A stretch of DNA of 64,000 nt, taken from the NCBI GenBank assembly GCA_965248135.1, contig CBDFIN010000007.1:126386-190385 (forward strand), in the 5' to 3' direction. The first letter of the stretch is position 1. Each line of letters opens with the position of its first letter. The translations under genes and the position numbers were made by a program. Under the pieces are notes generated by a model, which was given only the letters and a program-made list of their open reading frames with translations, did not search any database and was not told where the DNA came from. This DNA comes from Rhizobiaceae bacterium (GTDB lineage Bacteria > Pseudomonadota > Alphaproteobacteria > Rhizobiales > Rhizobiaceae). Of the stretch, positions 8,307-17,647 are shown in pieces.

Positions 8307-11300
8307 TTACTTTAGCGTCTGCAAATTTGATCGAATTCGCTCTGTCGTTGGATGTTCTTCACCGAGCATCCTCTCGCAGATTTCCAGAGCCTTGCGATAC
8401 AATGGCTCGGCTTCCTGCAGGCGACCTTGAGCATTGAGGTTGGAAGCCACATTGTTGTAGCTTGAGGCGGTATCAGGATGCTCTTCACCGAGCACCTTCT
8501 CCCTGATTTCCAGTGCCTTGCGATACAATGGCTCGGCTTCCTGCAGGCGACCTTGAGCCTTGAGGTTGGAAGCCACATTGTTGTAGCTTGAGGCGGTATC
8601 AGGATGCTCTTCACCGAGCACCTTCTCCCTGATTTCCAGTGCCTTGCGATACAATGGCTCGGCTTCCTGCAGGCGACCTTGAGCATTGAGGTTGGAAGCC
8701 ACATTGTTGTAGCTTGTAGCGGTAGATGGATGCTCTTCACCGAGCACCTTCTCCCTGATTTCCAGAGCCTTGCGAAACAATGGCTCGGCTTCCTGCAGGC
8801 GACCTTGAGCATTGAGGTTGTAAGCCACATTGTTGTAGCTTGTAGCGGTAGATGGATGCTCTTTGCCGAGCACCCTCTCGCAGATTTCCAGAGCCTTGCG
8901 ATACAATGGCTCGGCTTCCTGCAGGCGACCTTGAGCATTGAGGTTGTAAGCCACATTGTTGTAGCTTGAGGCGGTATCAGGATGCTCTTCACCGAGCACC
9001 CTCTCCCTGATTTCCAGAGCCTTGCGAAACAATGGCTCGGTTTCCTGCAGGCGACCTTGAGCATTGAGGTTGGAAGCCACATTGTTGTAGCTTGTAGCGG
9101 TAGATGGATGCTCTTTGCCGAGCACCCTCTCCCTGATTTCCAGTGCCTTGCGAAACAATGGCTCGGCTTCCTGCAGGCGACCTTGAGCATTGAGGTTGTA
9201 AGCCACATTGTTGTAGCTTGAGGCGGTATCAGGATGCTCTTCACCGAGCACCCTCTCCCAGATTTCCAGAGCCTTGCGTAACAATGGCTCGGCTTCCTGC
9301 AGGCGACCTTGAGCATCAAGGTTGGAAGCCACATTGTTGTAGCTTAAGGCGGTATCAGGATGCTCTTCACCGAGCACCCTCTCGCAGATTTCCAGTGCCT
9401 TGCGATACAATGGCTCGGCTTCCTGCAGGCGACCTTGAGCCTTGAGGTTGGAAGCCACATTGTTGTAGCTTGTAGCGGTAGTTGGATGCTCTTCACCGAG
9501 CATCCTCTCGCAGATTTCCAGTGCCTTGCGTAACAATGGCTCGGCTTCCTGCAGGCGACCTTGAGCATTGAGGTTGGAAGCCACATTGTTGTAGCTTGTA
9601 GCGGTATCAGGATGCTCTTCACCGAGCACCTTCTCCCTGATTTCCAGAGCCTTGCGTAACAATGGCTCGGCTTCCTGCAGGCGACCTTGATTATCAAGGT
9701 TGTAAGCCACATTGTTGTAGCTTGAGGCGGTATCAGGATGCTCTTCACCGAGGGTATTTTGCGCCAACTTCAAGGTGCGAGACAAGACCTGTTCGACCAC
9801 GTGATAACGGGCAGCTTGTTGGAAAATAGATGATCTTTCTAACGACCATCCAATGGAGTTTTCAATATCGTATTGTGATCGATGATGATGGGCTTGTATA
9901 AATGAAATCCCGTGGTGTTCAGTAACCGCTTTGACGTTTTCCGGTGTGCATAATGGGTCATAAAAAGAGAAGAGTGCGCTATGAGTTGCCATTGTTCGGC
10001 GAGGGTCGTTTTTTTCAACACGTGCCTGCAGGATATCCCTCATGTGTTGGTGTAGCCGAATATTGTTTGCGTCTATATCTTCTGTAAACGAGTAATTTCT
10101 CAATACCTCAAATGTTAGATCACGTGCCAAAGCAGGGTACTGCTCCCGTAAAAACCAGTCGAGGTCTGCGTTGATACTGTTGGCATGCGCCAATGTCTCA
10201 AGACTGGTTCGATATTGTTCACTCAAGTGATCCATGAAGCGATTAACGACCTCATCAAGCCGTCCTCCATAATCACCAACCTCGGGGATGGCACCATCCG
10301 CCAAGGTGTCGCGATATATATCAAGTTGAAGACCTAGATAGAAGGGAATGCCCTCCGCCCCTTCAATCATCTGCGTGCGAATTTCAGGTTCCTTGACATG
10401 ACAGGCAACAAGAATTTTTTCCATCTCCGCATCTTCCAATGCTTCCAAAGAATATTGATTTATATATTCTCCCCAGGTTCGACGCGGGTTACCTTCATGT
10501 GCCGCCCAATTAATCTTGTCACGCCCGAGCAGAACAAACAGTACCCCTTTGGTATTGAAGATGAGTTCGCGCAACCAATTGTCGGCAGATGCGCCAGTTA
10601 GAGCTTCAAGCGTATCTCCAATGATAATCAGGGGGCGGTCATGTATTCCTTTTTCAGATTTATTAGCCAGATAATGGGAAATATCAGCAGCAAGACACAA
10701 CGGCAGTCGATCAGCAATCAGATTAAACCCAGCTTGATTTAGATCTTCAAGAAGTGCCTCTGCACGCGTCGCCCATTCTTCCTGCCCCCATGCAAAAAAC
10801 TTATTAGCCAAGCGATAGCCCAGACCAATTAGAGGAGTATCTTTGGCGAGGTTATCAATCCCGTCAACGATGTCATTTAACAATTCACTATCAGACTGTG
10901 GTGCTGTAACAACGCGTGAAATGGAAGTGACAATTGAACCACCTGTATCCATCAACCCATATTGCTCTCGAACGTTGCTGGAAGGAGCAATAGCATTGTG
11001 ATATCGGGCAAATGCCATATCAAATATTGGAAAGCCAATATCCTTGGTTGTTGCTCCAAGTTGCAATCTAATTTGTAATAGTGTTTGGACAGGGCTGTCC
11101 TTGGCGTTGGTTAGGTCAACATGTGCACAGCCGTATTTTTGCCCTGCTTCCTGTTTTCTTTCCTTCAAGTGTCTAACAAACCGCCGCGCCAAAGCGGATT
11201 TGCCAATACCGCCAATACCATCAAAAGCCAGCACATGGTGGTGAGTGCTCAACATTGCATTCTCGGTTGCATCTGAAAATATTTTAAGCTGTTTTTGCCG

Positions 11301-11354
11301 CCCTCGGAAAAGTTTAATCTCTGAAGCGGATAAAGGGGTGGATGGATAGCGCAT
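8307..11354 (-). CDS. STAND (NB-ARC-like) P-loop NTPase fused to 11 tandem TPR (TPR_12/KLC-like) units
   Basis: Walker A is FDGIGGIGKSALARRF, about 45 residues from the N-terminus, and Walker B-like is PLIIIGDTLE. The C-terminal half is 11 copies of the 42-aa unit LGEEHPDTASSYNNVAxNLNAQGRLQEAEPLxRKALEIxExV. No separate N-terminal effector domain is visible. Confidence 0.88.
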   Translation of the reverse strand: MRYPSTPLSASEIKLFRGRQKQLKIFSDATENAMLSTHHHVLAFDGIGGIGKSALARRFVRHLKERKQEAGQKYGCAHVDLTNAKDSPVQTLLQIRLQLGATTKDIGFPIFDMAFARYHNAIAPSSNVREQYGLMDTGGSIVTSISRVVTAPQSDSELLNDIVDGIDNLAKDTPLIGLGYRLANKFFAWGQEEWATRAEALLEDLNQAGFNLIADRLPLCLAADISHYLANKSEKGIHDRPLIIIGDTLEALTGASADNWLRELIFNTKGVLFVLLGRDKINWAAHEGNPRRTWGEYINQYSLEALEDAEMEKILVACHVKEPEIRTQMIEGAEGIPFYLGLQLDIYRDTLADGAIPEVGDYGGRLDEVVNRFMDHLSEQYRTSLETLAHANSINADLDWFLREQYPALARDLTFEVLRNYSFTEDIDANNIRLHQHMRDILQARVEKNDPRRTMATHSALFSFYDPLCTPENVKAVTEHHGISFIQAHHHRSQYDIENSIGWSLERSSIFQQAARYHVVEQVLSRTLKLAQNTLGEEHPDTASSYNNVAYNLDNQGRLQEAEPLLRKALEIREKVLGEEHPDTATSYNNVASNLNAQGRLQEAEPLLRKALEICERMLGEEHPTTATSYNNVASNLKAQGRLQEAEPLYRKALEICERVLGEEHPDTALSYNNVASNLDAQGRLQEAEPLLRKALEIWERVLGEEHPDTASSYNNVAYNLNAQGRLQEAEPLFRKALEIRERVLGKEHPSTATSYNNVASNLNAQGRLQETEPLFRKALEIRERVLGEEHPDTASSYNNVAYNLNAQGRLQEAEPLYRKALEICERVLGKEHPSTATSYNNVAYNLNAQGRLQEAEPLFRKALEIREKVLGEEHPSTATSYNNVASNLNAQGRLQEAEPLYRKALEIREKVLGEEHPDTASSYNNVASNLKAQGRLQEAEPLYRKALEIREKVLGEEHPDTASSYNNVASNLNAQGRLQEAEPLYRKALEICERMLGEEHPTTERIRSNLQTLK
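8340..9760. repeat. About 11 tandem copies of a 126-bp coding repeat (the TPR units of the STAND gene)
   Basis: The string CTTGAGGCGG recurs at 8461 and 8587 (126-bp period) and so on. The copies are nearly identical at the nucleotide level, and the repeat boundaries given are approximate. Confidence 0.9.
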
Positions 11355-11790
11355 TTAATTTGACAAATCTTGGGTTGATAAAAAATTGACTTCTATCAAA
11401 CATTGTTATCGATATGTCTTTTTATGTAAATACCAAACCCCAATTATGGATAAGTCGCCAGGCTTTGATATTGTGCAAAATTTATTTTTGGATTGTTTTT
11501 CTTGAAGCAACAGGCCACCAGGCATGACAGGATAACCATGAAGTCCGGTTCATCAAACACCTTCCTTTTGAGAGCATCTTAAACCGGACAAATCATCTGC
11601 TACATAAAACGGACAACTGATGTGCTAATGACATTGGCGGAAATCAGGCTGGACATGGCCGGAGGGAATGCCTATAACCCGCTGGCTTTCGGTCGCATAT
11701 TTTCTGTTGGCGTGCCTGCGGAAGAGCGAATAAGAATTTTCGACAGGTACTGGCTGGCTTGGCTGATTATTAACAAAGGCGCTGTCGAAT

Positions 11791-11865
<75 letters not shown>

Positions 11866-11978
11866 CAAAAACCAATAAAAACAAATAGATACGACTTGCC
11901 ACATTTTCGCCACTACCTGAAAATAGCATGCGCACTCCTTACGCACTTTTGGCTATTTTTCGGTTTTGGGGGTGATCC

Positions 11979-13139
11979 TTGGGCAAACACACGATTCTGG
12001 GCGGGAAAGTCCATTTATTCCAGCGCGACCGAAGTTCCTATTGGCAGTGCATGGCTTATATTAATGGTAAAAATCACCGCATAAGTTCCAAAGAACGAGG
12101 CCTTTCCAATGCAAAGGATTTTGCCGAAGACTGGTATCTTGAAATGCGAGGGAAACTTCGGCGGGGCGAACTGAGCAACGAAAAACCTTTCAAACAGGCC
12201 GCTCTACAGTTCTTGCGTGAGTATGAAGTAATCACAGAGGGGCAACGAAACGAAAAATACGTCAAGGATCATGAAGCGCGACTGCGAAACCACCTTATTC
12301 CGTATTTTGGTGACATGGGGCTATCTGGAGTAACAGCCGGAGCGGTTCAGGAATATCGAATTGCCCGACTAAAGCCTGACGATGAATTCAAACCACCTTC
12401 TCGCAGCACCATGCATCACGAGATTGTAACTTTGCGGCAAGTTCTGAAAACAGCCATCCGCCACGGTTGGCTTGAGCACTTGCCAGACCTTTCGATGCCC
12501 TACAAAACATCAGCCAAGGTGAGCCATCGCGCATGGTTCTCACCTGATGAATACAAACAGCTGTACGAAGCCACCCGCCGCAGGGCCAAAGAGGCGCAGA
12601 ACAAGCCCTGGAAATGGGCAGCAGAGCAGTTACACGACTATGTGCTGTTCATGGCCAATACAGGAATCAGGCCTGACGAGGCCAATAACCTGGAATACCG
12701 TGATGTCGAGATTATCCATGACGAGGCCACAGATGAAACCATTCTGGAGATTGAAGTTCGGGGTAAGCGTGGCGTTGGTTACTGCAAAAGCACAAGGGGG
12801 GCTGTACGCCCTTTTGAGCGGCTCGCGAAACGTAACAACCCCAACCCTACCGACCGGGTCTTTCCAGCCAACCACAAGAAGCAGTTTAACCGTATCCTAA
12901 ATACGGAAGGGTTGAAATTTGATCGTGACGAAAATAGGCGCACCGCCTACAGCTTGCGTCACACCTATATATGCCTGCGATTACTGGAAGGGGCTGACAT
13001 TTATCAGATCGCCAAGAATTGCCGAACAAGTGTCGAGATGATTGAAAAATATTATGCATCTCACATTAAGTCGAACCTTGATGCCGCTGCAATCAATGTT
13101 CGCAAACCGCGTAATAGAATTAACAAAAACACAGTTTGA
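11979..13139 (+). CDS. Tyrosine recombinase / phage-type integrase adjacent to tRNA-Phe
   Basis: The C-terminal catalytic region is LRHTYICLRLLEGADIYQIAKNCRTSVEMIEKYY (HxxR ... Y). It lies 113 nt downstream of the tRNA. The start is a TTG in the ORF track, so the exact start is uncertain. Confidence 0.88.
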   Translation: MGKHTILGGKVHLFQRDRSSYWQCMAYINGKNHRISSKERGLSNAKDFAEDWYLEMRGKLRRGELSNEKPFKQAALQFLREYEVITEGQRNEKYVKDHEARLRNHLIPYFGDMGLSGVTAGAVQEYRIARLKPDDEFKPPSRSTMHHEIVTLRQVLKTAIRHGWLEHLPDLSMPYKTSAKVSHRAWFSPDEYKQLYEATRRRAKEAQNKPWKWAAEQLHDYVLFMANTGIRPDEANNLEYRDVEIIHDEATDETILEIEVRGKRGVGYCKSTRGAVRPFERLAKRNNPNPTDRVFPANHKKQFNRILNTEGLKFDRDENRRTAYSLRHTYICLRLLEGADIYQIAKNCRTSVEMIEKYYASHIKSNLDAAAINVRKPRNRINKNTV

Positions 13140-13204
13140 ATTTGGTATTGAGCAATATCGGCCACTATTGATTATTTTGGAGCCTTTAAATACAATAGGG
13201 TACC

Positions 13205-13468
13205 ATGAGCGAAGGTATAAGACTCGACAAATTAAAATCACCGGAATTTGACCCAATCCTCGAAATGGCGGGCAATGAGGTTAAAAGACTTCCAATAGGC
13301 AAGTGGTTGCTTTGGGTGGCAGTAATTTTTGGCGGAATTCCCGCTGTGATACAATGGTGGTACCCACCGCTTGTAGAACCATATTACAAGGCGGTAGCCT
13401 ACATATTTCTCTCGATTGCATTCGCGGTTGCAGCGGTCTTCAATTTCGTGCTTTACCTGTTCAGTTAG
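13205..13468 (+). CDS. Hypothetical small membrane protein (two hydrophobic segments)
   Basis: An 87-aa ORF with WLLWVAVIFGGIPAVIQWW and AYIFLSIAFAVAAVFNFVLYLF. I recognised no homology. Confidence 0.4.
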   Translation: MSEGIRLDKLKSPEFDPILEMAGNEVKRLPIGKWLLWVAVIFGGIPAVIQWWYPPLVEPYYKAVAYIFLSIAFAVAAVFNFVLYLFS

Positions 13469-13539
13469 CAGCGCGAGAATACTTGACTGATTAGCTAAAT
13501 TTGGTTTCAGCACACCGCTAAACTATATTGGCAGACTAT

Positions 13540-13598
13540 CGGAAATTCTGATATTCGAAATACTCGAATTCCCGACATTATGAAAATCAGAATTTCCG
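13540..13598. promoter_or_regulatory. Perfect 12-bp inverted repeat CGGAAATTCTGA / TCAGAATTTCCG upstream of parA (candidate operator or centromere-like site)
   Basis: The arms are at 13540-13551 and 13587-13598. A related CCGAATTTCCGG lies at 14309-14320, just after parA. Confidence 0.4.
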
Positions 13599-13706
13599 AA
13601 AACCAGAAAATAGGGCAATGAGTTGCCCACAATGCATCAATTGCTGCTGGCCATTTCCTACTGATTGCGTACCATTATGATAGTGTAATGTAATCAGAAA
13701 ACTGGA

Positions 13707-14300
13707 ATGTCAGAATTTAGGATTATCACAATTTGCAATCAGAAGGGCGGAGCAGGGAAGACAACATTGATAATTCTGTTGGCACTGGCGTTGGAAATTG
13801 TGGGTAAGAAAATTGCCATTTTGGACAAAGACCCGCAACAGACAGCAAGTCGTGCCATCAACAATCTTCGTAAAATTGGCCGTACAGATATAGCAATCGT
13901 CGGTAACATCGCCGATGAATTTGACTATATTTTTATTGATACACCACCCGCTCTCAACGATACGGTAGGGGAGGCAATCAGTATCAGCGATCGCGTCATG
14001 CTCGTGTCATCGCCTTCACCTGCTGATTTGTGGAGTTCGCAGGAAAGCGTCGAATTCATCAAAGATCACCGGCGCAAAGGCGTGCCGACGCGGGTTTTGT
14101 TCAACAGCGTGGTGCAGGTCGCAAGAACCTCACGTGATTTGCCTTCCTTGGCAAAGAGCATCGGTTTTCTGCCGCTTCACAATGTCTTAGGCAGAAGGCA
14201 GGCCTATCAATATGCCATCCTGCAAGGATGGTCCGCCCTTAAACCAATTGAACGAAACGAAATTTTGAAACTCGCTATCGAAATTACCACACTGAGTTAA
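13707..14300 (+). CDS. parA: ParA-family partition ATPase (small, type Ib-like)
   Basis: Deviant Walker A ICNQKGGAGKTT, ILDKDPQ, and Walker B-like YIFIDTPP. Length is 197 aa. Confidence 0.88.
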   Translation: MSEFRIITICNQKGGAGKTTLIILLALALEIVGKKIAILDKDPQQTASRAINNLRKIGRTDIAIVGNIADEFDYIFIDTPPALNDTVGEAISISDRVMLVSSPSPADLWSSQESVEFIKDHRRKGVPTRVLFNSVVQVARTSRDLPSLAKSIGFLPLHNVLGRRQAYQYAILQGWSALKPIERNEILKLAIEITTLS

Positions 14301-14379
14301 ATAATGATCCGAATTTCCGGCAATATGAACTTCTTACTTTCCGAAAATAGGAAAAGCGGAATATATTTTATCTAAACAA

Positions 14380-15595
14380 CCCCGGTTCAACTCCGAAACG
14401 CAACATTTGTTTGCTGATGGAATATGATTTTTGTTTGCGGATTTGGTGGGCGGGGTCAAGGGCATTGTCGCGTAGCGATGCGCAGCACCCTTGAGGCCGA
14501 CCGGAAAATCCGCAAAACTCGTCAAACCATTCCATTATGCCTTTGATTATTTAGCCAGATGGCTGCAATCCTCGTATGGGACACCACATCTCACGGAGGA
14601 TATTATGCCCAAAGGACATCACCATCTGGCCTATGATCAAAGATGCCAGATTTACACACTTTTGCAAACCGGTCTCTGCCGCGCCCAAATTGCCCGCCAG
14701 ATTGGCGTTGAGCGTTCGACTATCACCCGAGAGTTGCAGCGCAACAAGGGCAAATGTGGTTATCGCTTTAAACAAGCGCATGACAAGGCGTGTGAGCGGC
14801 GCAAAAAGGCCTCTTGTGTGCCGCGTAAAATGACCGTTGAGCGCGTCGAACTCATTGAAAGCCTGCTGACGAAATGGCAGTGGAGCCCCGATCAGATCAG
14901 CGGCTGGCTGGCTCGAAACGGGCTCTTCGTCTCACACGAGTGGATTTACCGCCACATCTGGGCGGACAAAAAAAAGGGTGGCAAATTATGGACTTGCCTG
15001 CGCCATCGCGGCAAAAAATACAATCGACGCGGCACGAAAACAGCCGGTCGCGGCCTCATTCCAGGGCGGGTTGACATTGAGGAACGTCCCGAAATCGTCG
15101 AAACCAAAAGCCGTGTTGGCGACTGGGAGGGCGATACTATCATCGGCAAAAACCACAAGGGTGCCATTCTTTCTCATGTCGATCGAAAATCAAAATACAC
15201 CAAGCTGGTTCTGTTGCGCGACAAATCAAAGGACAGCGTGCAAAAGGCCTGCGGCAAGACGCTTTCAAAGCTCAAAGCGTTCATCAAAACCATCACGTAT
15301 GACAATGGCAAAGAATTCGCCGGGCACAAAAAGATCGCCAAAATATTGCAATGCGACATCTATTTCGCCAAGCCCTATCACTCATGGCAGCGCGGCCTCA
15401 ACGAACATACCAACGGTCTTGTTCGCCAATACTTCCCAAAGGGTACCGATTTCACTAAGCTGACAAAAGCCGAAGTTCAGATCGTCGAAGACAAGCTGAA
15501 CCAACGTCCAAGAAAATGTCTCGAATACAAAACCCCATATGAGGCCTTTTCAAAGGAATGTGAGCAAAATGTTGCATTTCAATGTTGAAGGGGCG
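14380..15595 (+). mobile_element. IS30-family insertion sequence, copy A (1216 bp)
   Basis: The boundaries come from where identity with copy B starts and stops. The imperfect terminal IRs are CCCCGGTTCAACTCCGAAACGCAACATTT and, at the right end (reverse complement), CGCCCCTTCAACATTGAAATGCAACATTT. It is flanked by a 3-bp direct repeat CAA (14377-14379 and 15596-15598). Confidence 0.88.
14605..15588 (+). CDS. IS30-family DDE transposase
   Basis: The ATG at 14605 follows GGAGGA. MPKGHHHLAYDQRCQIYTLLQTGLCRAQIARQIGVERSTITRELQRNKG is the typical IS30 HTH. DWEGD, YDNGKEF and the C-terminal LNQRPRKCLEYKTPYEAF are also present. Confidence 0.9.
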   Translation: MPKGHHHLAYDQRCQIYTLLQTGLCRAQIARQIGVERSTITRELQRNKGKCGYRFKQAHDKACERRKKASCVPRKMTVERVELIESLLTKWQWSPDQISGWLARNGLFVSHEWIYRHIWADKKKGGKLWTCLRHRGKKYNRRGTKTAGRGLIPGRVDIEERPEIVETKSRVGDWEGDTIIGKNHKGAILSHVDRKSKYTKLVLLRDKSKDSVQKACGKTLSKLKAFIKTITYDNGKEFAGHKKIAKILQCDIYFAKPYHSWQRGLNEHTNGLVRQYFPKGTDFTKLTKAEVQIVEDKLNQRPRKCLEYKTPYEAFSKECEQNVAFQC

Positions 15596-15612
15596 CAACA
15601 AAAGAGGGCGCT

Positions 15613-15981
15613 ATGACCGATGATCTGCAAGAGCTACTAAAAAAAAGCCTTGATGCCAAACCAAAGCCAAAATCAGTTAAAGAAAAACGACCTCAACGCG
15701 GGTCTGATGCCACGCGGTCCATTCCGGAGCCACCAATCAGCGACAATCGCCATGCAAAGAACGACCGTCAAAAGGTCTCCATCAGTCTTTACCCAGGTGA
15801 ATTCCAGATTGTTGAGCGCATCATGGACAGTGTGAGACAAACAAGGGGGAAACGTATTGGAATGAGTGAAGCGGTTCGCATTGCCGTACAATTATGTCCC
15901 GACGATAATCAACGTATAGGTCATACATTTGATCGAGTTCGAACAGATGATCGTCGCCGATCTTTGGAACATAGCAAGTAA
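15613..15981 (+). CDS. Ribbon-helix-helix (CopG/ParG-like) protein, probable partner of ParA
   Basis: A basic N-terminal tail is followed by KVSISLYPGEFQIVERIMDSV....MSEAVRIAV (beta-alpha-alpha pattern). The RBS AGAGGG precedes the ATG. It is separated from parA only by the IS30 insertion. Confidence 0.55.
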   Translation: MTDDLQELLKKSLDAKPKPKSVKEKRPQRGSDATRSIPEPPISDNRHAKNDRQKVSISLYPGEFQIVERIMDSVRQTRGKRIGMSEAVRIAVQLCPDDNQRIGHTFDRVRTDDRRRSLEHSK

Positions 15982-16558
15982 AAAATAGTCTTAATTCAAT
16001 GGTTATTGACCTATGGCTGTGCTTTAATGATATTTTAACCAATAAATTGTTATGGTAATATTATAATAAATATAGGGAGACGCTATGACAACATCAACTC
16101 AATCACATCATGACCACATGCTTGCAGTAATGCACAAAGATGCAGTCTATGCCGCAAAATCCGCATTGCCGCATGCACCTGCCAGACAATTGAAAATTAC
16201 CAGTGACAAAATCTTTATAGATGCAATCAGCCATGCCATCGGTATTGGGCGATTTACGACTGCCCAAAAACCTTGTGCTGGCGGCAATTCACCGGCTCGA
16301 CCAGCCAGTTATGCGCAACGGGTGAAGTCTAGCCGATAACTTAATACAGACATTCGAATTGGACAGGACCAACGGTTCTGCGGTCTGACAACTGAGCTTT
16401 GATGCTCCGGCATACTGATCGCTATTTCCTGAGAATGTGCTGTAACGGTATTTAAATCTGTCAGGCTAACATGAGGGGTGGTGAAAGGCGTGATGATTGA
16501 AAAAGGCAGTGCTGCACAATGCACAATACCCGCAACAAAAGCTGACAAATCGGATGGT

Positions 16559-16948
16559 TTAACGATGTCTTGGCTCGGTTTTTTCTGCTGTCAGGCATCG
16601 TACATTCAATGGGCTCGGCAGATTACCCAAATTCACATCAGCCACATTCTCCTGAACAGTTTTCCCCTTCGTTACAACAGCACCTTTGATCTCGCCTCCC
16701 AAGACAATTTGTTCGAAATCGTGTGAGCGCTGGACTGCGGTTAAGGTAATCACCTTACCATCAGAGCAATAGAGAGATTCTTTCACTTGGAGATTACCAT
16801 GACTATCTGAGAGTTTGGCCGGAGCAAAAAAAGAGGGAGGGGGAAGGATCGATACATATTTTGACAATTTCTCCACTATATACCCGGTGATACCAACAGC
16901 TTCTATACCTTCCATCTTTATTCTATTTTCCATTTTCATAACTCCCAT
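16559..16948 (-). CDS. Hypothetical protein
   Basis: A 129-aa ORF with no recognisable motif and an uncertain start. Confidence 0.3.
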   Translation of the reverse strand: MGVMKMENRIKMEGIEAVGITGYIVEKLSKYVSILPPPSFFAPAKLSDSHGNLQVKESLYCSDGKVITLTAVQRSHDFEQIVLGGEIKGAVVTKGKTVQENVADVNLGNLPSPLNVRCLTAEKTEPRHR

Positions 16949-17017
16949 AAGTATAATTAATCAACTTGTGAATATTAACACATATCTACTCGTAAGATTG
17001 TTACAAATTTATGAAGA

Positions 17018-17614
17018 TCACACACCAAAGGCTTTGCTGAGGCGTAACTCAATTTGTTTATCATCAATATTTGCGGATTTATACATATGAATTATAGCGT
17101 TAATTTCGTCATTGTTGTCTTTTTCATCAATCATTTCTCTGTCAATATATTGATTCTGTGTTATTTTGAGCAATTCTGAGCTTACGATATTCAACATGAC
17201 GAGATTGGAGCTATCTTTGCGCAGCAACCTAAGCGCATCGGTGATATTCTCAATATGAGTGCTGAGTTCTTTTTGAGATTTTTCACGAATAGCTGCATTC
17301 CTGACTTCCTCAACAGCGGCGAGCTCTCTTTCTATTTCCGTCGCTTCTTGTTTTTCTTTTTCCCTTTTTTGCCGCAATCTCTCGTTTTTTTGGTCTAGCG
17401 CTTTCTGTTTTTTCTTTGTCAGCTCTATTTTCTTTTGCTCCTGCTCTTCGTTAGATATCTGTCTCCGTTGGTGTGCTAGATACTTCCCAGCGCCAAGACA
17501 GGTGACTACAACGCCAATCGCGATCAGAATTCCCCCAGCCAGATAACAAATGAATCCAAGAATGGCAAAATACAAAATTTCTTCAATTATCGCATATTCA
17601 TCTTCGTCTTCCAA
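17018..17614 (-). CDS. Hypothetical membrane-anchored coiled-coil protein
   Basis: It has an N-terminal hydrophobic segment ILYFAILGFICYLAGGILIAIGVVVTCLGA, then a highly charged K/E-rich helix (EEQEQKKIELTKKKQKALDQKNERLRQKREKEKQEATEIERE). Confidence 0.5.
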   Translation of the reverse strand: MEDEDEYAIIEEILYFAILGFICYLAGGILIAIGVVVTCLGAGKYLAHQRRQISNEEQEQKKIELTKKKQKALDQKNERLRQKREKEKQEATEIERELAAVEEVRNAAIREKSQKELSTHIENITDALRLLRKDSSNLVMLNIVSSELLKITQNQYIDREMIDEKDNNDEINAIIHMYKSANIDDKQIELRLSKAFGV

Positions 17615-17647
17615 GTATGAGCCATATAGATACAGGGCAATCGCATT

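Noticed and set aside
8312-9748. These are long alternative-frame and antisense ORFs inside the TPR repeat region. Examples are 8312-9334 (340 aa), 9344-9748, 8604-8969 and 8982-9221.
   Set aside because: They are themselves periodic Cys/Lys-rich translations of the same 126-bp repeat. They exist only because the repeat lacks stops in several frames. The TPR frame has clear motifs and continues into the NTPase domain.
8340-9760. A regular 126-bp repeat array that could be mistaken for a CRISPR-like or satellite array.
   Set aside because: There are no unique spacers between repeats. The period is a multiple of three and lies fully within one ORF encoding canonical TPR units.
14978-15463. A 161-aa ORF, with its twin at 47022-47507 and several smaller ORFs, inside the IS30 copies.
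   Set aside because: They are alternative frames of the transposase gene with low-complexity Ser/Ala/Lys-rich translation. The transposase frame carries all the family motifs.
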